Shown here piece after piece: positions 9,354-17,533 of a stretch of 64,000 nucleotides of DNA (its first letter is position 1; each line of letters starts with the position of its first letter). Made by a program: the position numbers and the translations under genes. Where the stretch lies: IMG/VR virus record IMGVR_UViG_3300036800_000175, positions 1-64,000 of that record; one strand, given 5' to 3'. The stretch comes from a virus. Below the pieces are notes generated by a model. It was not told the DNA's origin. It was given only the letters and a program-made list of their open reading frames with translations, and did not search any database.

Positions 9354-10159
9354 AGACACCAGGACCGCAGCGTGCGGCCGGCCGCCGCCAACTCGCGGCC
9401 CGGAAGCAGGCCCTGCCGGGCGGGTCGTTCCCGATCCCGGACGTCGCCTATCTCAAGAAAGCGATCCGGTCGGTTGGCCGCGCACCGGCGTCGAAACGCC
9501 CGGCGTTGAAGGCGCTGATCCGCAAACGGGCCCGCGAACTCAAGGCCGCGAACACGCCTGGGGTCAAGGGGACGTGGCCGTTCCAGGCCGCCAACACGCA
9601 CGGGAAGGTGGTTGACCTCGCGATGGCGACGATGACCCGCAAGATGCCGGTGGTCCGCGGTGCCGCGGATGTGCAGCTGACCCGGAGTGGGCCGGGCAAG
9701 GTCACCGTGATGCACAAGTCCACCGGCTTCAAGGTCGGCACCCTCGGCCAGGCGGGGAAGGGCTGGCAGGGTGTCCACGCGTCGGGTGCGAAGACACCGC
9801 CGTCGGGGTCGATGGGCGGTGCGGTCGCCGGCCTGGTCGCGACGCACAACCAGCTCGCCCGGGGGAAGAAACTGCCACCCGCGCAGCAGGACGGTACCGC
9901 CACGTACGCGCATCCGGCGGGTGACGGGATCGACCTGGCTGGTGCGCTGCCCCATTCCACGCCGGCGAGCTCGGCGTCCGACGGGCCGCGCGTCACCACC
10001 GCCGGCGGCAGCGGGCCGGCTGGGCTGACCGGCGAAGCGGCCGCCGTCTACGCGAAGCTGATCAAGAAGGGGCTCAAGCCTGGCCAGGCGGCCGCGCTCG
10101 CCAGACGCGCGGCGGCGATGCACGCGAAGGCGGCAGACCCAAAAGCCTCAGCCGCGTAG
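9350..10159 (+). CDS. Head-associated protein with DUF6582-like N-terminus and a segment resembling the capsid N-terminus
   Basis: ALPGGSFPIPD..LKKAIRSVGRA..LIRKRAREL; TPASSASDGPRVT. Confidence 0.65.
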   Translation: MKTPGPQRAAGRRQLAARKQALPGGSFPIPDVAYLKKAIRSVGRAPASKRPALKALIRKRARELKAANTPGVKGTWPFQAANTHGKVVDLAMATMTRKMPVVRGAADVQLTRSGPGKVTVMHKSTGFKVGTLGQAGKGWQGVHASGAKTPPSGSMGGAVAGLVATHNQLARGKKLPPAQQDGTATYAHPAGDGIDLAGALPHSTPASSASDGPRVTTAGGSGPAGLTGEAAAVYAKLIKKGLKPGQAAALARRAAAMHAKAADPKASAA

Positions 10160-10164
10160 GCGGC
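10138..10164 (+). other. Candidate -1 ribosomal frameshift signal (C CCA AAA plus GCCGC-GTAG-GCGGC hairpin)
   Basis: X XXY YYZ heptamer in the correct phase; hairpin 6 nt downstream; -1 frame continues into the zeta domain with no start codon. Confidence 0.75.
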
Positions 10165-10959
10165 CGGACGGTAGACCTGGTCGGCCCGAAAGGGTATGAG
10201 CATGGCTGGCGGTTCGTCGGGATCCCCGCCGACTCGCTGACCGCGCACACCGACAAGTCCGGGAACCTGACCCCCGCCCGGGCGGCGCTGCATCAGAAAA
10301 TCGTGGCGCGGGCGCTCTCTGGCGCACCGAAGTCGGCTCATCCGGTCGCGACGTTCATGGGTGGCGGTCCCGCGTCCGGGAAATCCGCGATGCTCAAAGC
10401 CTCCGGCAGCCGCGGCCGGCCCGCGGGGGTCACGATCGACGCCGACGCGATCAAAGCGCAGCTACCCGAATACCAGGCGATGACCAGGGCGGGGAACGCC
10501 GGCGCGGCCGCCTATGCGCATGAAGAGTCGTCGGTGATCGCGAAGAAAATCCAGGCCGCCGCCATCAAGGGCGGCCACGACTTCACGTTGGACGGCACCG
10601 GGGATTCCAGCTACGCCAAACTGGCCAGCAAGGTCACCGCGGCGAAAGCGGCCGGGTACAAGGTCCACGGCCAGTACGTGACCGTCGACACCCCCGCCGC
10701 GGTCGAGCGGGCGACCGCCCGGGCGGCGAAAACAGGCCGCATGGTCCCCCCGTCGGTGATCAAGGAAATCCACGCTGGGGTGTCCGGCGCGTTCCGCCAG
10801 GCCGTCGCGAACAACCTGTTCGACACGTCCGAGCTGTGGGACAACAACGGGTCTAGCAGTAATGCGATTAAACTGATAGGGAGCCAGCGTGCAGGCGGCC
10901 AGTTCACGGTCGCTGACCAGGGCGCTTATGCGCGGTTCCTCGCGAAGGAAAACGAATGA
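10144..10959 (+). CDS. Zeta-toxin-like P-loop kinase, probably expressed as a -1 frameshift fusion
   Basis: GGGPASGKS, IDADAIKAQLPEY, HEESS, LDGTG, LWDNN; VDLVGPKGYEHGW lies upstream of the first GTG (10303). Confidence 0.85.
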   Translation, partial: SLSRVGGRTVDLVGPKGYEHGWRFVGIPADSLTAHTDKSGNLTPARAALHQKIVARALSGAPKSAHPVATFMGGGPASGKSAMLKASGSRGRPAGVTIDADAIKAQLPEYQAMTRAGNAGAAAYAHEESSVIAKKIQAAAIKGGHDFTLDGTGDSSYAKLASKVTAAKAAGYKVHGQYVTVDTPAAVERATARAAKTGRMVPPSVIKEIHAGVSGAFRQAVANNLFDTSELWDNNGSSSNAIKLIGSQRAGGQFTVADQGAYARFLAKENE

Positions 10960-11153
10960 TGGCAACGCAGGGCCGGGGTGAGGTCGCGGTCGCGATGGCC
11001 CAGGCCGCCGCGGCCGGTAAAGACTTCGCGGACGCCGGTGTCCCGGACACGGCCGCGAACCGGGCGCTGTACGCCAAGATCGTCTCTGAGGTGGATGCGA
11101 TCGACAAGGCCGGGCAGGTCGCGGAAGTGCCGTTCGACCACGCCCTCATGTGA
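10956..11153 (+). CDS. Small acidic protein, candidate antitoxin/immunity for the zeta-like kinase
   Basis: ATGA overlap with the kinase stop. Confidence 0.55.
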   Translation: MMATQGRGEVAVAMAQAAAAGKDFADAGVPDTAANRALYAKIVSEVDAIDKAGQVAEVPFDHALM

Positions 11154-11208
11154 CAAAAGCCGCTCCCCGCGAGGGGGAGCGGCTCGCGCAGGGCCGCCGG
11201 GCTTGGGT

Positions 11209-11496
11209 TCAGGACAGGAAGCGCAGGCGGATGACGCAACCCTTCGCGGGATGCGGCAGGTCGTACTCAAACGAGTTGGCGTCGATAATGCGGGCATTGC
11301 GGGCCTTCGGCCATGGCTGGCTTAGTTCGGTGCCGTCGTCGTAGCCTTCGGCGTCAGTGGTGAAATACCAGTACGTGGGCGTAGACCTAGTTACGGTCCG
11401 CACGGTGCCGACCAGCACGGGCCGCTTAGTTTGCGCAACCACCTCCAAGCGGGTGCCCTCCGTGGCGCGGCGCTTTATGTCTGCCAGAGTCCTCAT
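11209..11496 (-). CDS. Hypothetical protein
   Basis: RBS GGAAAGGA; globular sequence. Confidence 0.65.
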   Translation of the reverse strand: MRTLADIKRRATEGTRLEVVAQTKRPVLVGTVRTVTRSTPTYWYFTTDAEGYDDGTELSQPWPKARNARIIDANSFEYDLPHPAKGCVIRLRFLS

Positions 11497-11522
11497 GTCG
11501 TAGATCCTTTCCTCAGGCGGGT

Positions 11523-12269
11523 TCAGGTGATCTTGCGGATCGGCACGACCATCGCACGGAACCGGCTGCCGATCTTCACCAGCACGGCCGCTCCGGGCAG
11601 GCCGGCACTGAACTCCACCGACACATGCCGGTCCGACTTCCTCTTCTTGCCGGAGAACACCTCATCGGATTCGACCTTCCCGAACAGGGTCAGCCACTTC
11701 TGGCCGAGGATGAACTCAGCAGGCGGCTCACCCGCCGGGATCTCCGCCATGCTGGGCTGCTTCGCACGCGGCTTGCGGTGGCCGCCGAACAGTGTCTCGC
11801 CCGCCCGCGGGAACTCCCCGGAGGTGAGGACCTCGGCGCGGAGCGTCTGGTCAGGCTCGCATGCCTGCCCGGTGAGGGTGAACGCGGCGTGCCCCTCACC
11901 TTCGACCCACTCGATCACGATCCGGGGCGGCCCGGCGAGCGGTGAGAACTCTTGCAGTGACGCCAGCATTTTCGTGATCTTCACCAGTCCCGTGACGACG
12001 ACCAGGATGTCCAGGTCGGTTTCGGGGACGGGCGGCGGATCGGCGGTGCCCGGCACGGCGATCTGGGCCGGGTCGATCAGGTCCAGGTCCTCGCGGCTGA
12101 TCACGTAACGGTTGGTCGCCTCAAGCAGCAGCCTGCCGGGCTCAGTGCTGGTGAAATGCACGGCGCACAGCGACGGCAGGGTGTCGTCGGTGCAGGCGAA
12201 CAGTGAGGCGTTGAGCACTGCGCGGTAGAACGCGGTGGCGTCCACTGTCGCGGTGTGAGTGTCACTCAT
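11523..12269 (-). CDS. DNA polymerase III beta-clamp-like protein
   Basis: FACTDDTLPSLCAVH, LEATNRY, GEFP, C-terminal FRAMVVPIR match clamp domains 2-3. Confidence 0.7.
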   Translation of the reverse strand: MSDTHTATVDATAFYRAVLNASLFACTDDTLPSLCAVHFTSTEPGRLLLEATNRYVISREDLDLIDPAQIAVPGTADPPPVPETDLDILVVVTGLVKITKMLASLQEFSPLAGPPRIVIEWVEGEGHAAFTLTGQACEPDQTLRAEVLTSGEFPRAGETLFGGHRKPRAKQPSMAEIPAGEPPAEFILGQKWLTLFGKVESDEVFSGKKRKSDRHVSVEFSAGLPGAAVLVKIGSRFRAMVVPIRKIT

Positions 12270-12287
12270 GATCTTCCTTCCTGTAGG

Positions 12288-12530
12288 TCAGGCGGCCAGC
12301 GCCAGCGCGGGCCGGGTCGTGGGGCGGATGACGGTCACTTCGCGCATTGGCACGCCGGCGGCGGCCAGAGCCTCAGGTGTCCGGGCGAACGCCATGACCT
12401 TGCCGTCCAGCCGGGCGCAGATCTGCGGGCCGTCTCCGACGGGATCCAGTGGCGTGCCGGCCGGGTTGAACCGGCGTGGCGGCCGGGTGAATTCCAGATC
12501 CATCACCTCAGCCGTCCACCCGGAAGTCAT
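12288..12530 (-). CDS. Hypothetical protein
   Basis: Coupled within leftward operon. Confidence 0.55.
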   Translation of the reverse strand: MTSGWTAEVMDLEFTRPPRRFNPAGTPLDPVGDGPQICARLDGKVMAFARTPEALAAAGVPMREVTVIRPTTRPALALAA

Positions 12531-12814
12531 GACTGCGCCTCAGCGGCCAGCCGGCCGTTCAGCAGCCCGGCGGGACGCGGGCCGGTCGCGACACGGCTCG
12601 TGCCGTACGCGTACCAGAACGCCCGGTCGTTCGCGGCCTTGGCCAGCCTGCGGCCATCCTCAACACGGGCCAGCGCCTCACCGTGGGAGTCGTAGGGGCC
12701 CAGCAGCCGGCCGGTCCGGCCGCCGTCCTTGACGGTGACGTAGAACCCGCCGGGGTCGCCGTTGTCATGCGAGCCGGCTGGGCAGCCGCACGGCTCAGCC
12801 GTGGTGGTGGTCAT
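12527..12814 (-). CDS. Hypothetical protein
   Basis: RBS GAAGGAG; FYVTVKDGGRTGRLLGPY. Confidence 0.65.
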   Translation of the reverse strand: MTTTTAEPCGCPAGSHDNGDPGGFYVTVKDGGRTGRLLGPYDSHGEALARVEDGRRLAKAANDRAFWYAYGTSRVATGPRPAGLLNGRLAAEAQS

Positions 12815-12834
12815 CGTTGCTCCTTCGGTGGCCA

Positions 12835-13203
12835 TCAGGCGGCCAGGCACATTGCGCGGCGGTTGGAAGCGATTTGCGTGGTGGCCGTGGCCATGCCCGA
12901 CGCGGCCGCCTCAGTCAGTGACCCGGCCTGGTCCTGCCACCGTGAACTGCCGTACACCTCGCCTTTTTCGGGGCTGCCGGTCTGCCAGTTCCGCCGCGAC
13001 GCGCGGCCCACGGCCAGGACCCCGCCGGCCAGGACCTCGCCGGGCTCCGGCTCATCGGGGTGCACCCACCATGCGTTGGACAGGCCGTTGCCGGTGGGGG
13101 CGCCGGACCAGACGGTGCCTATCCGGTCGTACGGCTCGCGATCGGCGCTGTAGTGGCGCCAGACCATCACGTCGCCGGCCTGGACAGGCTTGGCGGTCGT
13201 CAT
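12835..13203 (-). CDS. Hypothetical protein
   Basis: First gene after promoter 13247-13275; RBS GGAAGGA. Confidence 0.65.
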   Translation of the reverse strand: MTTAKPVQAGDVMVWRHYSADREPYDRIGTVWSGAPTGNGLSNAWWVHPDEPEPGEVLAGGVLAVGRASRRNWQTGSPEKGEVYGSSRWQDQAGSLTEAAASGMATATTQIASNRRAMCLAA

Positions 13204-13246
13204 CGGGGTTCCTTCCCGCGGGGGGATCCGTTCCCCTCACAACTAC

Positions 13247-13275
13247 ATTTTACCCGGTCAAGTAGACCACGTCAA
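13247..13275 (-). promoter_or_regulatory. Repeated promoter/operator copy 1 (TTGACG-17-TAAAAT)
   Basis: Sigma70-type boxes; spacer contains the GTCWA-N-TTGAC palindrome. Confidence 0.85.
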
Positions 13276-13306
13276 ATAAAACGAGCCGCCCCGGACGGGA
13301 CGGCTC
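13276..13306 (-). terminator. Intrinsic terminator
   Basis: GAGCCG..CGGCTC hairpin followed by a T-tract on the minus strand. Confidence 0.6.
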
Positions 13307-13443
13307 AGAGGTTTCCGCAGGTCAACGGCGGCGCCTCGCCCTGCTGCGGGCCGCCCGCCAGACCGCGACGACAGCCACCGGGCAGGTGACAGCAGCAGCC
13401 GCCTCGAGCGGGTGGGAGCCGGTCAGCCAGCCGGCGACGGCGG

Positions 13444-13704
13444 TCACGCCTGCACCTCCGCCTGCGGCTTCGGCGCCGGGTAGGTGCTGTGAGCCAGGAT
13501 GACGTGATCCCGGTACTCCGGACCCGGTCCCTGCTTGACCCACTCCTGCTCATAGGTGCGGCCGGCGTAGATGCTGCCGTCCTGCGGCCAGGTGGCTTGC
13601 TCATAGATGGTGACGCCGTAGTCGGTGCCAGCCGGGGTGGATCCGTTCGGTGCGGGCGGCCGCAGGGTTTCCCACTCCACTCGCCGCACTTCCTGCCAGT
13701 CCAC
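13444..13704 (-). CDS. Hypothetical protein
   Basis: Downstream of promoter copy 2; RBS GGAG. Confidence 0.6.
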   Translation of the reverse strand: MDWQEVRRVEWETLRPPAPNGSTPAGTDYGVTIYEQATWPQDGSIYAGRTYEQEWVKQGPGPEYRDHVILAHSTYPAPKPQAEVQA

Positions 13705-13748
13705 AGGGGTTCTCCGTCCCGTGAGGGGAACCTCCCCTCACACTCCCT

Positions 13749-13777
13749 ATTTTACCCGGTCAAGTAGACACGGTCAA
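13749..13777 (-). promoter_or_regulatory. Repeated promoter/operator copy 2 (TTGACC-17-TAAAAT)
   Basis: Same 29-bp architecture. Confidence 0.85.
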
Positions 13778-13821
13778 ATAGCAGAACGCCCCCGCGTACC
13801 CCCGCGCCACGAGCACGTCGG

Positions 13822-14037
13822 TCACAGCCGCACCTCACGCTTGAGGACCTCCCGGGCGTACTTGACCACCTCAGGCAGGAGCCACACCTGCATCCGGGCC
13901 AGCTTCTTAGACTTCGGCGCCTCCGGGTGGATGCGCCGGTCCATCAGCTGCCCGGCGCGCTGCTTGGACACGCCGAGCATCTGCCCGATCTCACCCACGC
14001 CCACCACGTCGTCAATGGTCACCTTGCGTGCTGTCAC
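13822..14037 (-). CDS. AlpA/excisionase-like HTH DNA-binding protein
   Basis: VVGVGEIGQMLGVSKQRAGQL..P.P...VW..EV. Confidence 0.8.
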   Translation of the reverse strand: MTARKVTIDDVVGVGEIGQMLGVSKQRAGQLMDRRIHPEAPKSKKLARMQVWLLPEVVKYAREVLKREVRL

Positions 14038-14113
14038 CGGCTCGCTCCAATTCGGCTCACGCCCCCGGCCGTTTGACCGGGGGCAGTTGACGGGGTCAGG
14101 TGGCCCCAGTAAA

Positions 14114-14509
14114 TCAGCCGGCCGCCGTGGCGTCCGTCTCGATGTCCACCTCAGCGGCGAACCGGCCTTCCCAGTAGTCCCGCTGGCCGTCGGAGTTGTC
14201 GTAGTTGTACGCCCACAGGATCGCCTTGAGCGTGTCCTCGATCAGCTGCGCACCCGGGGTGAGCACGGACCGGCCGTAGTCATCGGTGGTGAAATGCTCC
14301 GCGTCGGCCAGGCCGGTCACCGTCACGGTGACCGACTTGCCCCCCGAATACCGTGCGATCCGCACCCCGTAGCCCAGCCCAGGGGGCAGGCCGGGCAGGC
14401 CCAGGGCGGCGGCCAGCCGGGCGGCCTTGATGTCAGCCCGGACCAGCTTCGCCACCTCCGCGATATCCAGGGACTGTGTGTCGTGGTACTTGCTGCCGTA
14501 GGTGCTCAT
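14114..14509 (-). CDS. Large-polyvalent-protein-associated domain (LPD29/LPD25-like) protein
   Basis: AKLVRADIK..VRIARYSGGKSVTV..YNYDNSD..DYW..F. Confidence 0.55.
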   Translation of the reverse strand: MSTYGSKYHDTQSLDIAEVAKLVRADIKAARLAAALGLPGLPPGLGYGVRIARYSGGKSVTVTVTGLADAEHFTTDDYGRSVLTPGAQLIEDTLKAILWAYNYDNSDGQRDYWEGRFAAEVDIETDATAAG

Positions 14510-14859
14510 TCCTTCCTCTCTTCCGGGCCAAGACGGCGCGTTCCGGGCCGCGGGCCCCAGACGCGCTCGATCTCCCGGTTGCAGTCCCAGCGCGGGTTAC
14601 TCGGCGGGTCGCCCTCATGGCAGGGGCATTCGCAGTGGGTGACCTCACAGCCGGGGTTGACCCAGCCGTGGCAATCGGCGTGAGTGCCCGTCCCGGTGCC
14701 GAGGCAGTTGATCGTCGTCTTGCCCTTGCGCAGCCCACGCCGCGACGCGGGCGCGGGCTGCGGGTCGGGCTCGCACATCCGGCAGACGCCGGATGTGCTG
14801 TCGCAGCCGCTGGACCGGCACCAGGTGCCGGACGGCGTGTTGTGCTGGGGGATCTTCAC
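14506..14859 (-). CDS. Cys-rich metal-binding hypothetical protein
   Basis: Multiple Cys/His clusters including CECPCH. Confidence 0.55.
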   Translation of the reverse strand: MKIPQHNTPSGTWCRSSGCDSTSGVCRMCEPDPQPAPASRRGLRKGKTTINCLGTGTGTHADCHGWVNPGCEVTHCECPCHEGDPPSNPRWDCNREIERVWGPRPGTRRLGPEERKE

Positions 14860-16496
14860 GCGGTCTCCTCACCGGCCGCCGCCATGGCGGTCGTCTCATC
14901 GGTGCTGGCCGGGGCCGGGATCACGGCCAGCACCGTGCTGACACTGGTCCCCGACACGGCGAACGACTCATCCGGCAGCCGCTCAATCCACCCGCCGCAA
15001 TCCGCGACCAGCTTGCGGAACCCCTCCGCCGTCTTGTTCTCCCGGGACTGCGCCCCGGCGGACATGACCGCCACCAGCCGGCCACCCGGCTTGACGAACC
15101 CCAGCGCGTGGGTGACATGCGCGATGTCGGCCTGACCGGCGAACGGCGGGTTCATCAGGACCCGGTCGTAATACTCCGCGCCAGCCGGATTGTCCCGGGG
15201 ACCGTATTCCAGGAAATCGGTGCAGACGACCATCCGCGCGAACGGCTCGCCGCGCAGCCGGCCGGCCATCTGGCCGTTCAGCTCCACGCAGTCCACCACC
15301 GCGCCTGCCGCAGCGGCCACCGACGCGATCGCGCCCAGCCCGGCTGAGGGTTCCAGCACCGTCATCCCGGGAGTCAGACCCGCTTCGCTGATCATCTGGT
15401 CAACGACCGCGGCCGGGGTGGGGAAGTAGCCGGTACGGGCGTCCACCCGGATCGGCTCGGGCCGCTCGGCCTGGGCCAGTTCGGGCACGGCGGGTGCCTC
15501 GCGGCGGGTCACCGTCCGCTTGGCCCGCACCACGACCGTCTTATCCTCATGCGGGCAGGTCACCGACTGGATCTGCTCATACGGCAGGACCCGGGGCCAG
15601 GACCGGCGGTCCAGCGAAACACTCTTCGGGTTGACCCGGACCACCGTCGCATCGCTGCCCGGCCGCGTCGACCAGGCCACCGTGTCGCCCTTGTGGACGG
15701 TCTCACGGTTCAGCCGGACGTACCCATTGGCCTCATGTTCGGCCAGCGCGGCCCGGTCCGCGGCCAGGTTGTGTTCCAGCCACGTCCTGCGGGCTTCCAG
15801 GGATTCCCTGTACGTCCCGCCCGCTGGCTGCCGGTCGTACCCGTAGGCGCCGCGCCAGTCGTTCGCCGGCCGCGTCCCGTTCAGGTAGTGGCCGATCTGC
15901 CGCAGTTCCGCCTCCGTCTTGTCGATCCGGCGGATGATCACCGCCGGGCGGTCGCGGTACGCGTCGGCCAGGCCGACCACCGCCGCAGCGGCAGATGCCC
16001 GTTCGGCTTCCCGCTGCGCCTCGCCTGCGGCGCGGTCGTTCTGCTCCATGCGCTCATGATCGCGGCGTGCACGCCGTTCGGAGTGATGGCCGACCAGGAT
16101 CGGCTGACCGCCGGCGAACCGCTCACTGATCGCGTCCGCGGCGGCGTGGCGGGACTGGGCTTCGGCTCCGGCCCGCTGCGCCTTCGCGGTCAGCCGGTCG
16201 TAACGGTCGTCCAGCCGGCCGGCCCGGTCCGCCCTGACCTCGGTCACGGCGCGGGGGGCGTCGTCAATCTCAACCGTCACCTCGTGGCCGGCCGCGCGGA
16301 GCACCTGTTCGGCTGCCTGGATCTGGTGGCGCTTGGCTGGGCGGTCGCGGGACTGGGCGATGCCGATCATCTTGATCGACGGGAAGTACCGGAACCGGGG
16401 CCCGGTCCGGGGGCCGATCAGCTCATACACGCCGTCGCCTTTGCTGGTCCCGTAGACCAGGGTGCCGTCTTCGTGTGTGTGCCGGATGGTGATCAT
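14856..16496 (-). CDS. DUF3560 domain fused to an amino-(N6A/N4C) DNA methyltransferase
   Basis: GQPILVGHHSERRARRD; YFPTP, LEPSAGLG, MNPPF; start reassigned to MITIRH with RBS AAGGA. Confidence 0.85.
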   Translation of the reverse strand: MITIRHTHEDGTLVYGTSKGDGVYELIGPRTGPRFRYFPSIKMIGIAQSRDRPAKRHQIQAAEQVLRAAGHEVTVEIDDAPRAVTEVRADRAGRLDDRYDRLTAKAQRAGAEAQSRHAAADAISERFAGGQPILVGHHSERRARRDHERMEQNDRAAGEAQREAERASAAAAVVGLADAYRDRPAVIIRRIDKTEAELRQIGHYLNGTRPANDWRGAYGYDRQPAGGTYRESLEARRTWLEHNLAADRAALAEHEANGYVRLNRETVHKGDTVAWSTRPGSDATVVRVNPKSVSLDRRSWPRVLPYEQIQSVTCPHEDKTVVVRAKRTVTRREAPAVPELAQAERPEPIRVDARTGYFPTPAAVVDQMISEAGLTPGMTVLEPSAGLGAIASVAAAAGAVVDCVELNGQMAGRLRGEPFARMVVCTDFLEYGPRDNPAGAEYYDRVLMNPPFAGQADIAHVTHALGFVKPGGRLVAVMSAGAQSRENKTAEGFRKLVADCGGWIERLPDESFAVSGTSVSTVLAVIPAPASTDETTAMAAAGEETA

Positions 16497-16654
16497 CGGG
16501 TGTTCCTTACTGCGGGGCGGCCGCGCCGCACCTTGCGGCGGCGGGCTGGGATGACCTTGACGGCCGGCGGGGCCGGGCGCCTGCGCGCCATGATCACGGC
16601 GGCGGCTGCGGCTCCTGCCAGCATCGGTTCCTCCCTCTCTCACCCTGCAATACC

Positions 16655-16699
16655 ATTGTACCCGGTCAACTTGACTAGGTCAAATTGACCGGGTACGTT
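16655..16699. promoter_or_regulatory. Promoter/operator copy 3, bidirectional (minus TTGACC-17-TACAAT; plus TTGACT-17-TACGTT)
   Basis: Extended palindrome GTACCCGGTCAA...TTGACCGGGTAC. Confidence 0.8.
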
Positions 16700-16707
16700 C
16701 CCGCAGG

Positions 16708-16971
16708 TCAGGTAGCGAAACGCGCCGTGATCCTGTACCGGTGGGCCCGGGTGACATGCGGTGCCATCTCCTGCACGTCCACCACCTCGGGCGTCACGCC
16801 GGTCGCGGCACGCAGCAGCGAGGCAATCCACCGCCGGTCGCCGTAGTAGCAGGTCGTGCCGGGCATCGCGATCACCACCGCGCCACGGTGCGCGGGGGAC
16901 GCGGTGGTCGTGATGTTCACGCCCGGGTGCAGGCGGCGCAGTCCGCGGGTCACCTCAGCAGGGGTCAGCAT
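16708..16971 (-). CDS. Hypothetical protein
   Basis: Leftward operon member. Confidence 0.55.
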   Translation of the reverse strand: MLTPAEVTRGLRRLHPGVNITTTASPAHRGAVVIAMPGTTCYYGDRRWIASLLRAATGVTPEVVDVQEMAPHVTRAHRYRITARFAT

Positions 16972-17146
16972 TGGGGGGGCCTTTCTGGTCGTAGTTCACG
17001 GGCGCGTCGGTTTCGATCACGTATGACACGCCGTCGCCGTCGGTGGCGTTCGCCGCCTCTTCATCGGCCTGGTGCCGGTCGCCGTACACGAAACCGGGCA
17101 TATCCGCGAGTCTGTGACTCCCGTAGATGACCTGATAGTTGGGCAT
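16955..17146 (-). CDS. Small acidic hypothetical protein (MPNYQVIYG...)
   Basis: RBS GAAGGGGG; downstream of promoter copy 4. Confidence 0.6.
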   Translation of the reverse strand: MPNYQVIYGSHRLADMPGFVYGDRHQADEEAANATDGDGVSYVIETDAPVNYDQKGPPNADPC

Positions 17147-17188
17147 CGGATGTCCCCCTTCCGTAGGGCCTCGCGGGCTTACAACCTG

Positions 17189-17217
17189 ATTGTACGCGGT
17201 CAAGTTGACCCGGTCAA
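17189..17217 (-). promoter_or_regulatory. Promoter/operator copy 4 (TTGACC-17-TACAAT)
   Basis: Contains perfect GGTCAA-G-TTGACC palindrome. Confidence 0.85.
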
Positions 17218-17443
17218 ACCTCACGGAGCACGGCGAGGTAATCCTCACCGTCGACGGTGAGGCACAGGCAGTCGCTGTATTCCGGGTCGGTGGCCAGGTG
17301 GCCACGCCGCACGGCACGGCACGCTGCCGCGCGGGCCGCCCGGCCTGCTGGTCGATCCTGGTGGCCGTGCACGGGCGTACCTGCTCAGCCAGACTCAGCG
17401 CGACCCGGTCTCTCATCTCAGCCGCCGTCAGACTGCGGGCCAT
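17214..17443 (-). pseudogene. Apparently frameshifted small gene (MARSLTAAEM... / ...LCLTVDGEDYLAVLREV)
   Basis: N- and C-terminal protein-like halves are in different frames; RBS GGAGGT. Confidence 0.4.
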
Positions 17444-17484
17444 CGCTAGCGGTCACCTCCGCGATCTGCTCCACCCTGCACTTC

Positions 17485-17513
17485 ATTGTACCTGGTCAAC
17501 TTGACGCGGTCAA
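17485..17513 (-). promoter_or_regulatory. Promoter/operator copy 5 (TTGACC-17-TACAAT)
   Basis: Same architecture. Confidence 0.85.
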
Positions 17514-17533
17514 AGGTGCGGGGGTGTTACGCA

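Noticed and set aside
16497-16643. N-terminal extension of the 595-aa methyltransferase ORF
   Set aside because: Low complexity; a better RBS and ATG lie at 16496, and a separate short ORF fits the interval
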